The position numbers and the translations under genes are program-made. Positions 13,031 to 25,366 of a stretch of DNA of 64,000 nucleotides are shown piece after piece. The stretch comes from Vicugna vicugna (taxonomy: Eukaryota): NCBI GenBank assembly GCA_013265495.1, contig MU058584.1, positions 842,616-906,615 of the forward strand, given 5' to 3'. Below the pieces are notes generated by a model. That model made no database searches. It had not been told where the DNA came from and saw only the letters and a list, made by a program, of their open reading frames with translations. Every line of letters begins with the position of its first letter. Position 1 is the first letter of the stretch.

Positions 13031-13399
13031 TGTGCAAGATTGCTAATCACTAGGCTCTCTGGCCTCCCGTATCCAGAAACAAACCAACTAAAAGTCAGTC
13101 TAGAGCTAAATGCATCTCACTTTAGCTTATCTATTCCTGTGGATTATCCATGGCATGATCCATCCGTTATGCTCCAGTACTGGTTAACGGGTAGGAGAGA
13201 ACTGACAGCAAAATCCATGCACATGTGGGCATCTGACCTACAGAAGACATGGACACATCATTTTTTCACCAAATAAGACCTAAAAAGCTTCCCCAAGCAA
13301 GGAGTATTAAAAGAAGTTCTCTGGGGGCAGGTGAGAGTATCTTCTTTGAGCAAAAAGCATCCCTCCTCTTTGGGGAAACATTGATCCTGCAGAGAAGGA

Positions 13400-14120
13400 G
13401 AGGGAACAGCTGGCTGTCTTTCCCCAAGGCCGGCAGCCCCCTCTCTGGCCTCCGGGCTCAGCGCTCTGGCCGAGGGCGTGTTTGTTTGGCCGTGACTCTC
13501 TCCCTTCAGTTTCCCTCCCGGGGTGTCAGATTTCATGAGCTCCAGGGCCAGAGCCTGCCACAGAGCTCCAGGCTCCCGCCTGTTTCAGCCTAAGCCTCTG
13601 GCTTTAATCCCTACTTCCTTGGCCAAAGCAGGGCGAGGGGTTGAAAAATGACACTGATTGGATTCATATTTGATGGGGGCGATTGCTGGACAAGCACCTC
13701 ACCCATCCCCAGCCCAAAATGAAACTGACAGCTACACCCTCCTGTAGTTTGGAGCCCAAACCACCACCTTATTAAGAGAGCCCCCCTCCACCCACCCACA
13801 CCCTGGCAGCTGGTCCCGCTCTTGCTGCTGGAATCAGAGGTGGGCCGCGTGCCTCACAGCCTTCTTCCCCGCCCTGCTCTCCGCCCCGCCACTGCCACCG
13901 GTTTCCTCTGACGGAAAGCCCCCGCTTGTTTAAGTGGCCTAGTCCTCTCCTTTAGTCTCCAGAATTCACTTCCAGATTTCTGGACCTCGAGTCCCTGTAC
14001 TTCGCTGTCTAGAATCTCCATTTTCCCTCTGAGATTTCAATAAGAGGCCCACCCAGAGCCCTTCCCTTGTGCCTCCTCTCCTCCGCTGCTGAATCCCCCA
14101 TTACCCTGCTGGGTGGCTAA
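13400..14120. promoter_or_regulatory. GC/CpG-enriched non-repetitive segment with Sp/KLF GC boxes; candidate intronic enhancer or alternative promoter
   Basis: ccccgccc at 13867-13874 and ccgccccgcc at 13881-13890, an ETS-like cggaa at about 13912, and locally raised CpG density. Confidence 0.4.
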
Positions 14121-14126
14121 CAGGGT

Positions 14127-14897
14127 TGTTGCCGAAACTTGGCCTCCGTACCTCGCTTAAGGAATTGAGACTTGAGGTCAGAGTTTTGGATGAAGTAGAA
14201 AAGGCAGCTTTATTTCTTTGCCAGGCAAAGGAGCTCATATCGGGCTAATGCCTCTAAGACTGTGAGCCTGCTGGGGAGAGAAGTTAGGGGTTTTTTTAGT
14301 AAGAGTTCAAGGGGCAGCACTGGTTTCCATGGAGATCATGTACAGGGTAACCACTTGTCTGAAAGTTAAGCTTGTTTTTGTAGATGCAGCAGTCCCCCTT
14401 CTGCTGGGTCTGATATTCACCTCTGGCTTTGGAATTCTTCTAATATCCTTGTGCTTAGAATGAAGGTGCTTAGGAAAAAGGTCTGTGGAAAAGTGCTGTA
14501 GAGAAAAACTTATGAAGTTTAAAGTCAGGTTGGTATATGCTTCTAGCGTTTTAGGCAGGCTGAGGCCTGAGACTTCTAGCTGTGGTGTTTGCACAGGCTG
14601 GGACCTGCACCTAGAACAACAGAATACAAAGAAATCATAAGAGGCTAAAAAATAACTGCAGACATGTGCAGTTGGGGGTGAGTTATGAACAACAAGATGC
14701 ACAAAACAACAAACTGCTGTCTCTGAGGTGCTGGGAGCAAAGTGAGGGGGATGGGCAGATCACCCGAGACCTCCCTCCCCCACCCAGCCCAATCCTGGTC
14801 AGCAAACGCTTGAGAAAAGCCATTGAAACTGTTATACAATTAAGCAGTTACAAATACCATACAGTTACTGATGACAATAGGGTCCTGCTCAGTTCCA
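14127..14897 (-). mobile_element. Solo LTR, probably ERV1 class (771 bp), antisense to DDR2
   Basis: Starts TGtt and ends ttcCA. A 4-bp TSD GGGT flanks it at 14123-14126 and 14898-14901. AATAAA lies on the minus strand at 14209-14214, about 80 nt from the LTR 3' end. Confidence 0.8.
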
Positions 14898-16144
14898 GGG
14901 TCATGGGCACCATCTGAAGGGGAGAGCACAGTTGGGAAGAAATAACACATATATAAGCAACTCTTTCTCTGCTAATTTGTTTGTTGAACTTCATAGAATT
15001 CATGGATTAAGATTATTGGTTAGAGCATGTGTTTCTTAAGAGATGTAATTAGAGATGTTTTTTAAGAGGAACCAAGGACTATCTCCCAGAACTGAACAGA
15101 GCAGCTCAGAGCCAAAGTGGTCTCCTGGGGAGGTCAGAGAACCCCTGACAAAGAGCAGTTGAAACCACAGACTCTTACCCAGTGGTTTGCTGAAAGCTGA
15201 AGTAGCCCAATAAGTTTGTAACTACTGTAGCATTTGACATACTTGGAGAAATTCACACCAGAGGGAGGCCGAATCTGACAACTTCGCATGCTAACCTGGA
15301 CTGCTTTTTGTTAGGGCAAAGGAGGAGGTGGCTTTTGTTTATTTTTGGTGTGTTTGTTTTTGCTGCCAAGGGATTGTAATGTCATGATTATTTATTATTA
15401 TATGTATGAGCCCTGGCCATGTGCTGGGGGTAGTCAAAATGTATTCACTATGAAATGAGACAAACTCCAGTCATTTAAACAGCTCCAGTTGTAGATTTGA
15501 AGCCAAGCACTTTTTTAAGTATTAGAACATGATGGTCCTTTTGGGAAGTCCTGCTGTTAGCATCCCATGTTTTAGGGGAGGAGACTGAGGCACAAGCATT
15601 GTATAACTTGTGTGAAATCACACAGCTAGTACAGATCAGAGTTGAGATTTCAAGCCAGGCCATCTGGTTGCAGGGCCAGTGGCTCACCCATGGGGCTATC
15701 CTGCTGGTTTTGATTGTAGAAGGAAGGGTTATAGCATGAGACAGGCTAAAAGTTATCCATTTTGAATCCTCAGACCCTAGACTTATTGATAGTAAAGATA
15801 GCAACTGCCAGTTAAATAAATCATCTCTGAAACCAAGAATAGAATCTACGAATCCATTGGTGACGGAAGTTTGTAACATACCTTCTTGTCTACGTGCCTT
15901 AGAACTGTCTTCTCAGAGCACCTTGTTAAGTGAAATTCAACACTGGGAAAGCGGAGTGAGGGGGTAACTGAGAAGGTGAGAGAGTTGAGAAGGGAGAGAG
16001 ATCAGACAGATGGCAAAGCTCAGTGGGGTACTGTGTCCAAGCAGAGCCATCCAGGGATTCAGTTCTCAGAAGCTGTCTAGGTAGACGCTCTGCTTACTGG
16101 GGGCAGTTAGTGCCTTGCTGTGTGCATGCTTGAGGCTGCTCAAA

Positions 16145-16292
16145 GCACAGGGAGCTATATTCAATATCTTATAATAATCTATAATGGAAAATAATCTGAA
16201 AAATGTATATATAACTGAATCACTTTGTTGTACACCTGAAACTAACACAATGTTGTAAATCAACTGTATTTCAATTTAAAAAAATAAATTTT
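16145..16292 (+). mobile_element. Short L1 3' terminus (artiodactyl type)
   Basis: agcacagggagctatattcaatatctt...ataactgaatcactttgttgtacacctgaaactaacacaatgttgtaaatcaact followed by an A-rich tail. Confidence 0.85.
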
Positions 16293-16569
16293 ATTTTATT
16301 TTATTTTTTTAACACTTTATTGTGGTAAAAAAAATAAATTTTAAAGAAGGCATCAGGGGAGGTATGGTCTGTGGCTCATTCAAGGTGTCTAATCCTGCTG
16401 CCCATTTAGGCCTGCCCAGTACAGAGAATTTTATTTTTTTAATTTTGAATTAGTTAAATACAGAGCTGCTTAGGAGAGTACATGGTAAATATTTTTGTTT
16501 GGTAATTATTGTTATAGTCATAGCAATTATAGAAATTGCTGTTTTTTTAAAACCTTTAAAAATTTTTAA

Positions 16570-16845
16570 AGTTTTATGTAATTTTTAAAGATTATTTTCC
16601 ATTTACAGTTATTATAAAATATTGGCTATAATCCCTATTGGATAGGACATCCTTGAGCCTCTCTTAAACCCAACAGTTTGTGCTTCCTGTCTGACTTATT
16701 TCACTTAGCATAATGCCCTCCAAATCCATCTCTGTTGCAGCAAATGGCAAAATTTCATTCTTTTTCATGGCTGAGTAGTATCCCATTGTTGGTGTATACC
16801 ACATCTTCTTTATCCATGGATAAAGTGTCAATGGACACTTGGAGA
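16570..16845 (-). mobile_element. L1 3' fragment
   Basis: Reverse motifs: ctgacttatttcacttagcataatgccctccaaatccatc...ggctgagtagtatcccattg. Confidence 0.8.
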
Positions 16846-19800
16846 ATGTTTTAATTTACCCTTCCTTCTCCTTTATTTTCACTCTAGATGTGCCGTGGTG
16901 ATTACTTTTCAGAGGAGAAGGAAGAGTAGTACCTAACTCAAGCTGGGTTGAGATCCAGCCCTGTGATGAGTGTCCGGTTGTCCTCTTCCCACCTCTCCTC
17001 TGACTCCTGCTGTGTGGACGCAGCTTAGGCGTCTTCAGGGCCTGGAGAAGGTCGTGGTGAAGAATGTTCCCACCAGCATAAGCTGACTGCTGGGAGCCTC
17101 TTAGGCACCTTGCAATGCACGGCTCTCCTTTTGAACTATGAGGGGGTCTAGGAGGCTGTTTAGAGGGTTCCTCCCTAATTGTTCCTGTTGGTCTCTTTGA
17201 AGTGCTTCTTGCACCAGTCATGACCTCTTAAGAATGTGCTTTATTCCTGAAGGCCTGTTCTGGGGGTTTCAGAGGAAAAGGAGGAGAGATTTGTAGGTTT
17301 TTCCAAGCCTGAAACTGCTCTGTTTGATTCAGAGGATGAGGAGCTTTTAATCTGTGACCCTTTTGGTTTTCTGGGGGGATTCTGTGAGGATATTCTCTGG
17401 GGTTCTCCATACCCTTATTTAACAGAATTATCTGCAACAGGATGTTTCCTTGGCAGGGAATATAGGAGAAGGCTAGTGTAGACGGCTAACTTATGTCAGG
17501 GCACTCTGATGCCTGGGAACATGGCAAGAGGCCAAGGGAATTTTGAAAACGAACAAGAGGCAGTTGGACTTCTCAATGTCTTCTCAAGAGCTGTTTACTG
17601 AGTTGAATTGACACTTTTCTCATTGGTGTTATAATTCTAAACCCTTACCTTGCTAGGCCGTGAAGACTTGGTGATTACCTTCATCACATCAACGTTGGCT
17701 CCACTCACATCCATTTATATGCCATCGCTTCAATTCTGCTTTAACTCTGGACCCTTCCCCAGTGTCACTTGTTTGAGAAATAGTGTTTACCCAGCCCCAC
17801 ACTGTGAAAAACTGTCGTATTTGCTCTGACTTGGGAGTGTTTACTTTTATGGGCATTGGCTTTGCAGAGTATGGGATGTTGTTGGAAAACAGTTTGAGGC
17901 TAAATGTGGTTTTGTGATCTGGTTCCTACAAACTGTCAGGCTGATGGCTGGGTCCTGGATGCCATGCTCTATGTCGTATTTGATTCATTCCAAGCCTGAG
18001 AAAATAAATGCAAAATGTAGAGCATCTTCAATGTATTCAACTTCTCTTAAGTTTTTAAAAATTTCATTTTCTCTAAGAATCACTCATTATTTCTACAACT
18101 GCCATCAATTTTACCTAAGTAGAAACCCAGTTTTAGTTTCATAACACTATGCAAAATTCTACGGTAAAATTCTTAAATACGAATACCAAGAGTTTTGGTT
18201 TTGCGAAGAGTTTAGCTAACACTCAGAAGAGCTCTTCCTCCTAATTAGCTTATCTTCTCTCCGTGGTCTGTTATGTCAACTGGTATCCGGCTCAGTTAGT
18301 CAGGAAAGTGACCTCCCACACACGCCCTGAGTATAGTCATAAGCATTTTCAAACAGGTACTGTTACTCATGACAGAACTTCTTTAAACTGCCGTGGGCAC
18401 ACAGAGGTGGCATCCAGCATGTTTGCAGTGACTGTAAACTTTGCTCTGAGCCTGTCTCTCACCACGTTTCTTGTTTCCAATATTGTAGGATTCAAACTTT
18501 CGGATTTGCTTTCCTGTTTTCAGCCTTAGATCACCCTTCGCTTGATGTTCAGTAGCAATACCCTGGCTTCCACTGGGAGCATCATCCTCTGCCCCTGTAG
18601 GCGCATGTGCTGCTTCTTGTCTGCCCTGCATCCTGTACCCAGGCTGGGACCTCGTGGGTGCGACGCCTGGGCTATCGTGGACCCCACGGCCATGACCTAG
18701 ATACGCCTGTGTGCCACGTCCCTTGTCAGGGAGTCAGGCCCAGAACATCATGAATCTCATTTGAGCGCCATATTGAGGATGCCCACCCAGGGGAATGTTT
18801 TGTTCCTGGACAGCCTGAGACTCCAGGACTCCAGGATGCTGGGGTGATGCTGAGCTTTCAGACTTTCTATCATATGATTTCAGCCCTGGGACCCCTTTGT
18901 CCTTGCAGATCTTCACATAAGAGGGAGAATTTGTGCAGAAGCAAGAGCATGCTTGGGTTGGGTCATTCTTTTACTGAACACGTTTAGATGCATATTCTAA
19001 CCAAAATTTTAGAAGCAGTGGCACCCCAGGACTCTAATATTGGGATCTGGGACTGTGACAGGAAGAGGTATTTTTGACATGATACATCTATGAGGTGTTA
19101 GAGTCATTCGTCACTTACAGGGCGCTGTGGGGAATAGGACAGAGTCCGTGCTCTCAAATTGCTTATAGATATGGGGTAGAGACAGAAGAGGAAACTATGG
19201 ACTGTGTAATTAAGCCAACTGTTTGCCTCCCCATGTTCCATCTTCTGTGTATGTTGTAGTGAAATGAAATAGGAGAAACACTGCGCAGTGTTGGCTTATC
19301 TTTCACTGGTATTCAAGACTCTGATAAATAATTCAGGATTTGAGGCGATCAGGATGTGAAAGGAGGAGCTGAAAAACAAAGGTAATTTACCAATGTATGT
19401 TTGTAGATTAAAACACTTGAATAAGTAGGATTCTCCTGCATAGAGAAGGACTCTTGCCTGCAGTTTCCTAAAAAAAAAATGATTTTTCAGCTTCTATTTG
19501 AATATACACTCACAATAAGGGGGAGCTCATATCCTCACAAAGAAACACACCTCATCTTTGGATGGCACTAATTTTTAGGATTTTCCCCTTTATTTTTGGT
19601 TAAAAAAACACCAAAACATTCTTCCTCTCTGAAACATCCTTAGTTTTGACTTGGCAGCTCTGTTGTGTGGTCTGGATCCTTCCACTTCAGGACCGTGTGT
19701 CATATGCATGAAGACCCCCCAACTCCTAGCAGAGTCTTCTTTTTTCCAGGGGAAACATTCCAAGGTCCTGCTACGAGTCCTCTTGCTTTCTCTGTGGAGA

Positions 19801-21145
19801 AACAGCTTCTCTTTTCTCCCCGCTCGGTGTGGGTGAAGCAGCTTGAACCTGGAGATCCTGGAGATTCTGCCTCCTCGGACTTGCACAAAGCTCAGGACGC
19901 CCTCCCTGAGGAAGGTCTCGTTCCTCTTATTAGTCCCAGTTGTGCAATTTCAAATCCTTCTCTTGCTCCTCTTTGTCTTATTTTTTTCCCTCCCAGTGTT
20001 TTTATCACACAGGCATCATTGCGCATTGTGACTCACATTTCTTATCTTTACTTCTTTGCAATTACGGTCACTCTGCCTCCTTCTTAGATGATTTCTTCCA
20101 TTCTCCTTTGAAAAATTTTAACTTCTCCCACCAGCTGGTGCTATTTAGGTCCTTTTCATTGTCCTCCAGTTTTAAAACCAGATTATATTTACGATCCGTG
20201 GAACCAGTCAGTTCAAAAACACCAAAAGCAGTGCAAAGTCTTAAATGCACTCTCTTCTTGCGTGGCTGTTGTCTGCCCAACTAGACTCATATGTGTGACC
20301 CTGAGGATAGATGACTGAAGTGCCCGTCACTGCTGCTGTCTCTGAGCACGCAGTTTGTTGATCTGGGTTTAAGAGTATTTGCTTCTATGTGCGGGTTCAA
20401 TTTTACCTCCTGTTTCAACCCCATGCTTCTCATTCTCCTCTCAATAGCCGTAGCACTTTTACTTTCTACCATAGAATTTAATTGTATAAACTTTGGTGCT
20501 GCTCACTGTCAAGAAGGAACAGAATACGAGAGAGGGCATGTCCTTGGCATTTCTCCCCTTCATTTTGCAGATTAAGAGACAGGATCTCAGGGAGAATATT
20601 TGGCTTGTCCAAAGTTACACCGTTAGCTGAGCAGCTGGTCAGACACTGTTTCTGCTAAACCACTCAGCTTGCTAACTCCGTTGGCTTTAGTAGAGAAAAG
20701 GGCTTAACCTGTGGCATCTCTGCCCTTGTGTGTGTGTGAGTGTGTACATCTTTTCCTTTTTACCACCTAGCACCTGCAGTGTGTTTGGTGTTGGGGACTC
20801 AGCAGTGATCAGAGAGATGCTGTCTCTGCCTTCAGGGAATGTAAATTCAAGTGCAGGCCAGGCCGTGTGCTAGGAATCAGGTACTCCAGGCCCTGGTTTT
20901 TCTGTTTAATGGATTTTGCAATAGCTTCTTCCCCTCCACTCAACGTCGGCCTTCTCCAGAGTCTCTCTGACTTTCCCAAACCCAGTTATATCCTCTGTGA
21001 GCACGCGGGGGTCCCCACGGACTGATGACACCATCCACCATTGGATCCTGTTGCTCGGTGCACATTCTTGTAGTTGCAGCTGAGCGGATCCTGCAAGAAG
21101 GAGCTCAGCCATGCACTTGACTCAGACCTTCCCCTTGCCTTTTAG

Positions 21146-21210
21146 AATGTCTGCCTGGCCTGGGCATTGAGAAACCTCAGCCTGAAAAGAACCTCAAGCT
21201 TCAGAAAGAG
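21146..21210 (+). other. DDR2: Candidate optional non-coding 5'-UTR exon of DDR2 (65 nt)
   Basis: There is a strong acceptor (ccttccccttgccttttAG, 21144-21145). The segment ends ...gaaagag|GCgccc, which would be a non-canonical GC donor. It lies 12 kb upstream of the ATG exon. Inference only. Confidence 0.3.
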
Positions 21211-24200
21211 GCGCCCGCGTGTGTTTGCTGTCAAACACAAATCATTGGCGAGTCTCCTCTTCGCTTCCTTTTCTGGAGGAGGCACCACATATGAGGGTGT
21301 TCAGGGCATGGGGCTGGCATGGCATAGAAAGGGCACCTCCCTGTCCCTAACCCCAGAAGTGCCATGTTCCCTGATGACCAGGGTCCACCTTGGAGCAGCG
21401 GAGGCACGCAGCCTGAGAGCATGAGGGGGTGGGTGGGGGGTGCTGGCTTTGCAGAACGTGCTCGTGGGCCTTGTTCCCGACTGCGGAGGGTCGCTTGCGT
21501 GCGTGCCCTTCACCCTAATTCAACACACGCCAACAACAAACGACTATCAGACAGGGCCTCTGACCAGTCACAGACCGTTTCACAGAACACGAGTTTACTA
21601 GGGACTCTTCACGGTGAGCTTAGCTTTTTCTTCAAGGAGTGCACCCTGTCGGGTCTGCCAGGTTCCCCTGGGATTTGCCCTCTGGCTTTGGCGAAGCCCT
21701 GGGGAGAAAGTCCCCAGCTCCAGCCTCCTCCCTTCTGATAAATGCTTGCTGTCCTGCTCGGTGGCTGCCTCCCAGGACAGGGGGGTGGGGGGTGGGGAAC
21801 CAGCCCCCTTTCTGTGAAAACCTTTGGCTGGACTTCTCTGTCTCTCCCAGGGGTGAGCGACTGCGGTTCCTGCAGCCTCAGGCTTGGCACCAGCTCATCT
21901 CTGGTGGATCTAGGACCTCGATCTCCCATCTCACTCCTGCTAGAGCATCTGTGTCCCAGAGTGACCTCGCAGGGTCCCTCTCCATCCGACTGACTCTTCA
22001 CAGCCCCTGCCATCGGTGACTTTTGTTCTAGACACAAGCCAGCGGATTCCTGAAAGGGGCTGTGCGGGCTTCTCTTGCCATCTCCGCTCCGGCCTCAGTC
22101 TGGCGGCGCTCTCCTCTGTGGTCTGGACAGGGAATGGGGATGAACCTGGGCTGCCTGTTGTCTTTGTCTTGTGATATTTAAAGCAACCCAAGTGGCAGTG
22201 ACTGTAATCCAGTATGTTCCTGGGCTGGGGGGAGGAGCAGAGCCCCACCTGGGTCGGGGGCAGTGCTGTGATGCCGCGGGAGCCTGGAAAGTGTTTGGAA
22301 CTATGGCTGACAGAGTTTAGATGCCAGGGCTGAGAGGGGCCTCAGAGCTCCTCCATTCTCACTCACCCACCCACCCCCATTCTGAGCCCATCAGGGAAAG
22401 GGACCGCTCAGGTGACAGTGTGGTTGGTGGCAGCCCTGGGGCTAGAACTCAGGGCCTGAGGTGGGTTTGCAGGTAGCGCGTGCAGCTTCTGCTTTCGCCC
22501 TCCTCATCTGGTCAAGATCCTTTTGAGGCCCTGAACTTAATGTTGTACTTGTAATTTTATACTATGTTAATAAAATGGACCCAGTTCAGGCCTTTCTAGG
22601 GCACTGAACTCCCTGTGTGTGTGAGTTCGCGTGTGAGGGGAGGGGGCAGATGTGAACACCGAGCTGTGCCAGTGCTGTGATGCCAAACGCAGCTCGGAGG
22701 CCAGGCACCCGAGAGCCCCCAGGTCAGTCAACAGGAACCAAGGAGCACGAGGTGGAGGCAGGTGGGGACCGTTTTATGTTTGGAAAATGCTGCCTTCACT
22801 TCGTCTTTACTCTCCTTCCTCTCCCTAATCGCGTGAAGGCATTCAATGTGACATTCCCTCGTGCTAATAATCTAGAAAGGATCCCAGGCTAGTGATGTCA
22901 CACGGTGGGTGTTCTGTGGTCCCTTCTGCCCCTGGCAGGGCCCTGTCTTCTGTGACAGTGATTTCACTCAGCGTCTTCTCCGCTTCCTGGATGGCGAGGG
23001 AGGGGGCCAGATAGCTCCAGGCTCTTTCCTCCCCCACCGCTTTGCCGAATTCTGGTTGTCAGTTTACAGATGAAAGAGTTAGGAGAGCAAAGTGCTCTTC
23101 TAACAAAGGCAGGAGCAGAGCTGGCTGTGCAGGGAGGGTTGCCTCGGGTCACCACGGGCACATACTGTGTGCTTAAACACCGGCAGATTGGGCCAGTCTG
23201 GGCTTTGGCTCAGCACCCAGCAGCTACATTTTGAGAAGCACGAGATCAGGACTCCCCGAGGAAAGCTGGGAGTGAGGAAGACATCAACAAATCCTTGGGA
23301 ATCAAGACAAAGCAGGGGGATGTTTGGTGTGGCTATGGTGTGTGAATGTGAGTGTGTCTGGGGGCCCCTCTCCTGCCAAAACCAAGCTCATTTCTGCATA
23401 TTTGTTTGCTGAGTATTAAATACTCCAAAGATTGCTCTTGCTATTTGTTGAATCTGAAATGAAGATGACTCAGCAGAGAGGAAAACAAGCTTTGAATGCC
23501 CCGAGCGGCCCCTGAATGAAAGTCTGTGGTCCTAAAGCAAGTGGCTTTTGTTCTCCCCACCAAGCCCTGATCTCCAACACACACGCCCGGGCACAGGGAC
23601 CACGCACAGCTGTGCACACGCTGCACCCCGATTCCGCTCCGATTTGACCCAAGTGCCTTTATCTCATAGCTCATTTCCCCGTCCCACTCCAGCAGCCTTT
23701 CCAGGGCCCCACCCTTTCCTGCAGGAAGGCTTGTCTGAGTTTAGGTGGAGGGGCCCTGGCTGCAGGCCACAGCTGGTTTTCCAGGATGGCAGGCACTTCC
23801 TCTTTGGCCCTCATCACGGGCTCAGTGTGAAGATTCCTCAGGGAAATCTGAGACTTTTTATTCTTCCACAAAGTGGTAGTGGCCTCAGATTGTCTCTAGC
23901 TTTTGGACCTGGAAAGATGGATTGTCTGGGGAGGATGACCATCTGCCACGTCAGGTGTGCCCTGTTTTGTACCCAAGCTGTATTCCTGAAAAGTTGGGTA
24001 TAAACTGGGTTTAGGTGTACTGAATCACATTCTGAATTACTGGGAGGATTTGCTCCCAGAGGAACTCTGCAGTGGACCCTTTTATTAAGTGAAGACTTAT
24101 TTTGTAATGTGGAGGCTCACTCAGTGATTTATGAGTCTGGTAAGTAGATGGAACACTTCTGTATACTGAATGTTATTTTAAATGTACTGCGTGGAAACTT

Positions 24201-24960
24201 GTTATTCAAAGGTACCCAGCACTGAGGGCTTGTGCAAAGAATTATTCTGTAATGTGGATAAACATCTCATGATTTATGAGCTTAGCCAGTTCAGACATTT
24301 CTTAAAGTGGGATATCCTTCTCGATCTGCTTCAGAGCAAAAGATGGGTTTTGCTAATAATCAGAGTTGGGGGGGAAAAATGAGAGCTCTACTCTGTGTCA
24401 GTTACAGTCACTTCAAAAGGGTTAGGGAGAAGCCGAGGTAACTCAAACTTTCCATTTTGTTAGGGCAGAGCTCCTCAGGGCTGCCGGCTCTGCCTGCTTT
24501 CCATATTATCACTGAGTGGAAATGATGTGCTGTTTTTTCCAAATAAGTGCAGTTAACGATCATAGCAACACTTACAAAAGTGTTTCTTTTTATATCTAAA
24601 TGTATGTCACCTAAATCAATATCCATCTCTCTAGTTATCTATGATGTGTCTGTCTGTCTATCTATCATCCATCTGTAACGCATGTATTCAGCCCTACAAT
24701 AAAAAAGAAATAGCCCCTGCAGTGGGGCTTATGTTTTGGAGCACTGAATGCTGTTCCTCCACCAGGACAGAGAGCTTCACACCCCGAGATCTCTGGGTGT
24801 GTGAGTTAGGGGAGAGACCTGAACCTCCTGCTTACCCTTTCTCACTCAGCAGCTCGAAAGTCATTTCAGCACTCAGTGCCCAAGGTTCCTGGCTCTACCC
24901 TCACTCTCTATCCTATCTGAGCGCTAGAGTAAACCCTGTTACTGGGGAAATGGTCTGACT

Positions 24961-25366
24961 TTTCCCCTCAGCTTTACTGAGATATAATTGACATATAAAC
25001 ATTGTGTAAGCTTAAGGTGTACAGTGAGTTGATTTGATACATTTATATAATGCAAAATGATTATCACCATAGCATTAGCTAACATCTTCATCCTGATTTT
25101 TTTTGTTGTTGTTGTTGTTTGTCTTTTTTTTTTTTTTGTGGTGAGAACATGGAAGATCTACTCTTTGGTATAAAGTACAGTATTATTAGCTATAATCACC
25201 ATGCTGTACATGAGATTCCCCAGAACTTACTCATCTTATAGCTGGAAGTTTGTACCCTTTGATCAGTATCTCTCCACTCCACCCTCATCCCTGGTAACCA
25301 CAACTTAACTGTTTCTCTGAGTTTGGCTTTTTTAGATTCCACATATAAGTGATGTCATAAAGTAAA
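24961..25366 (-). mobile_element. 5'-truncated L1MA-type 3' UTR with TSD
   Basis: Body runs cagctttactgagatataattgacata...tagattccacatataagtga. The TSD aaatggtctgact is at 24948-24960 and 25367-25379. Confidence 0.9.

Noticed and set aside
23940..23958. Two E-boxes (CATCTG and CAGGTG) as a possible TWIST1 double E-box
   Set aside because: The spacer is 6 nt rather than the characteristic 5 nt, and E-boxes are frequent by chance.
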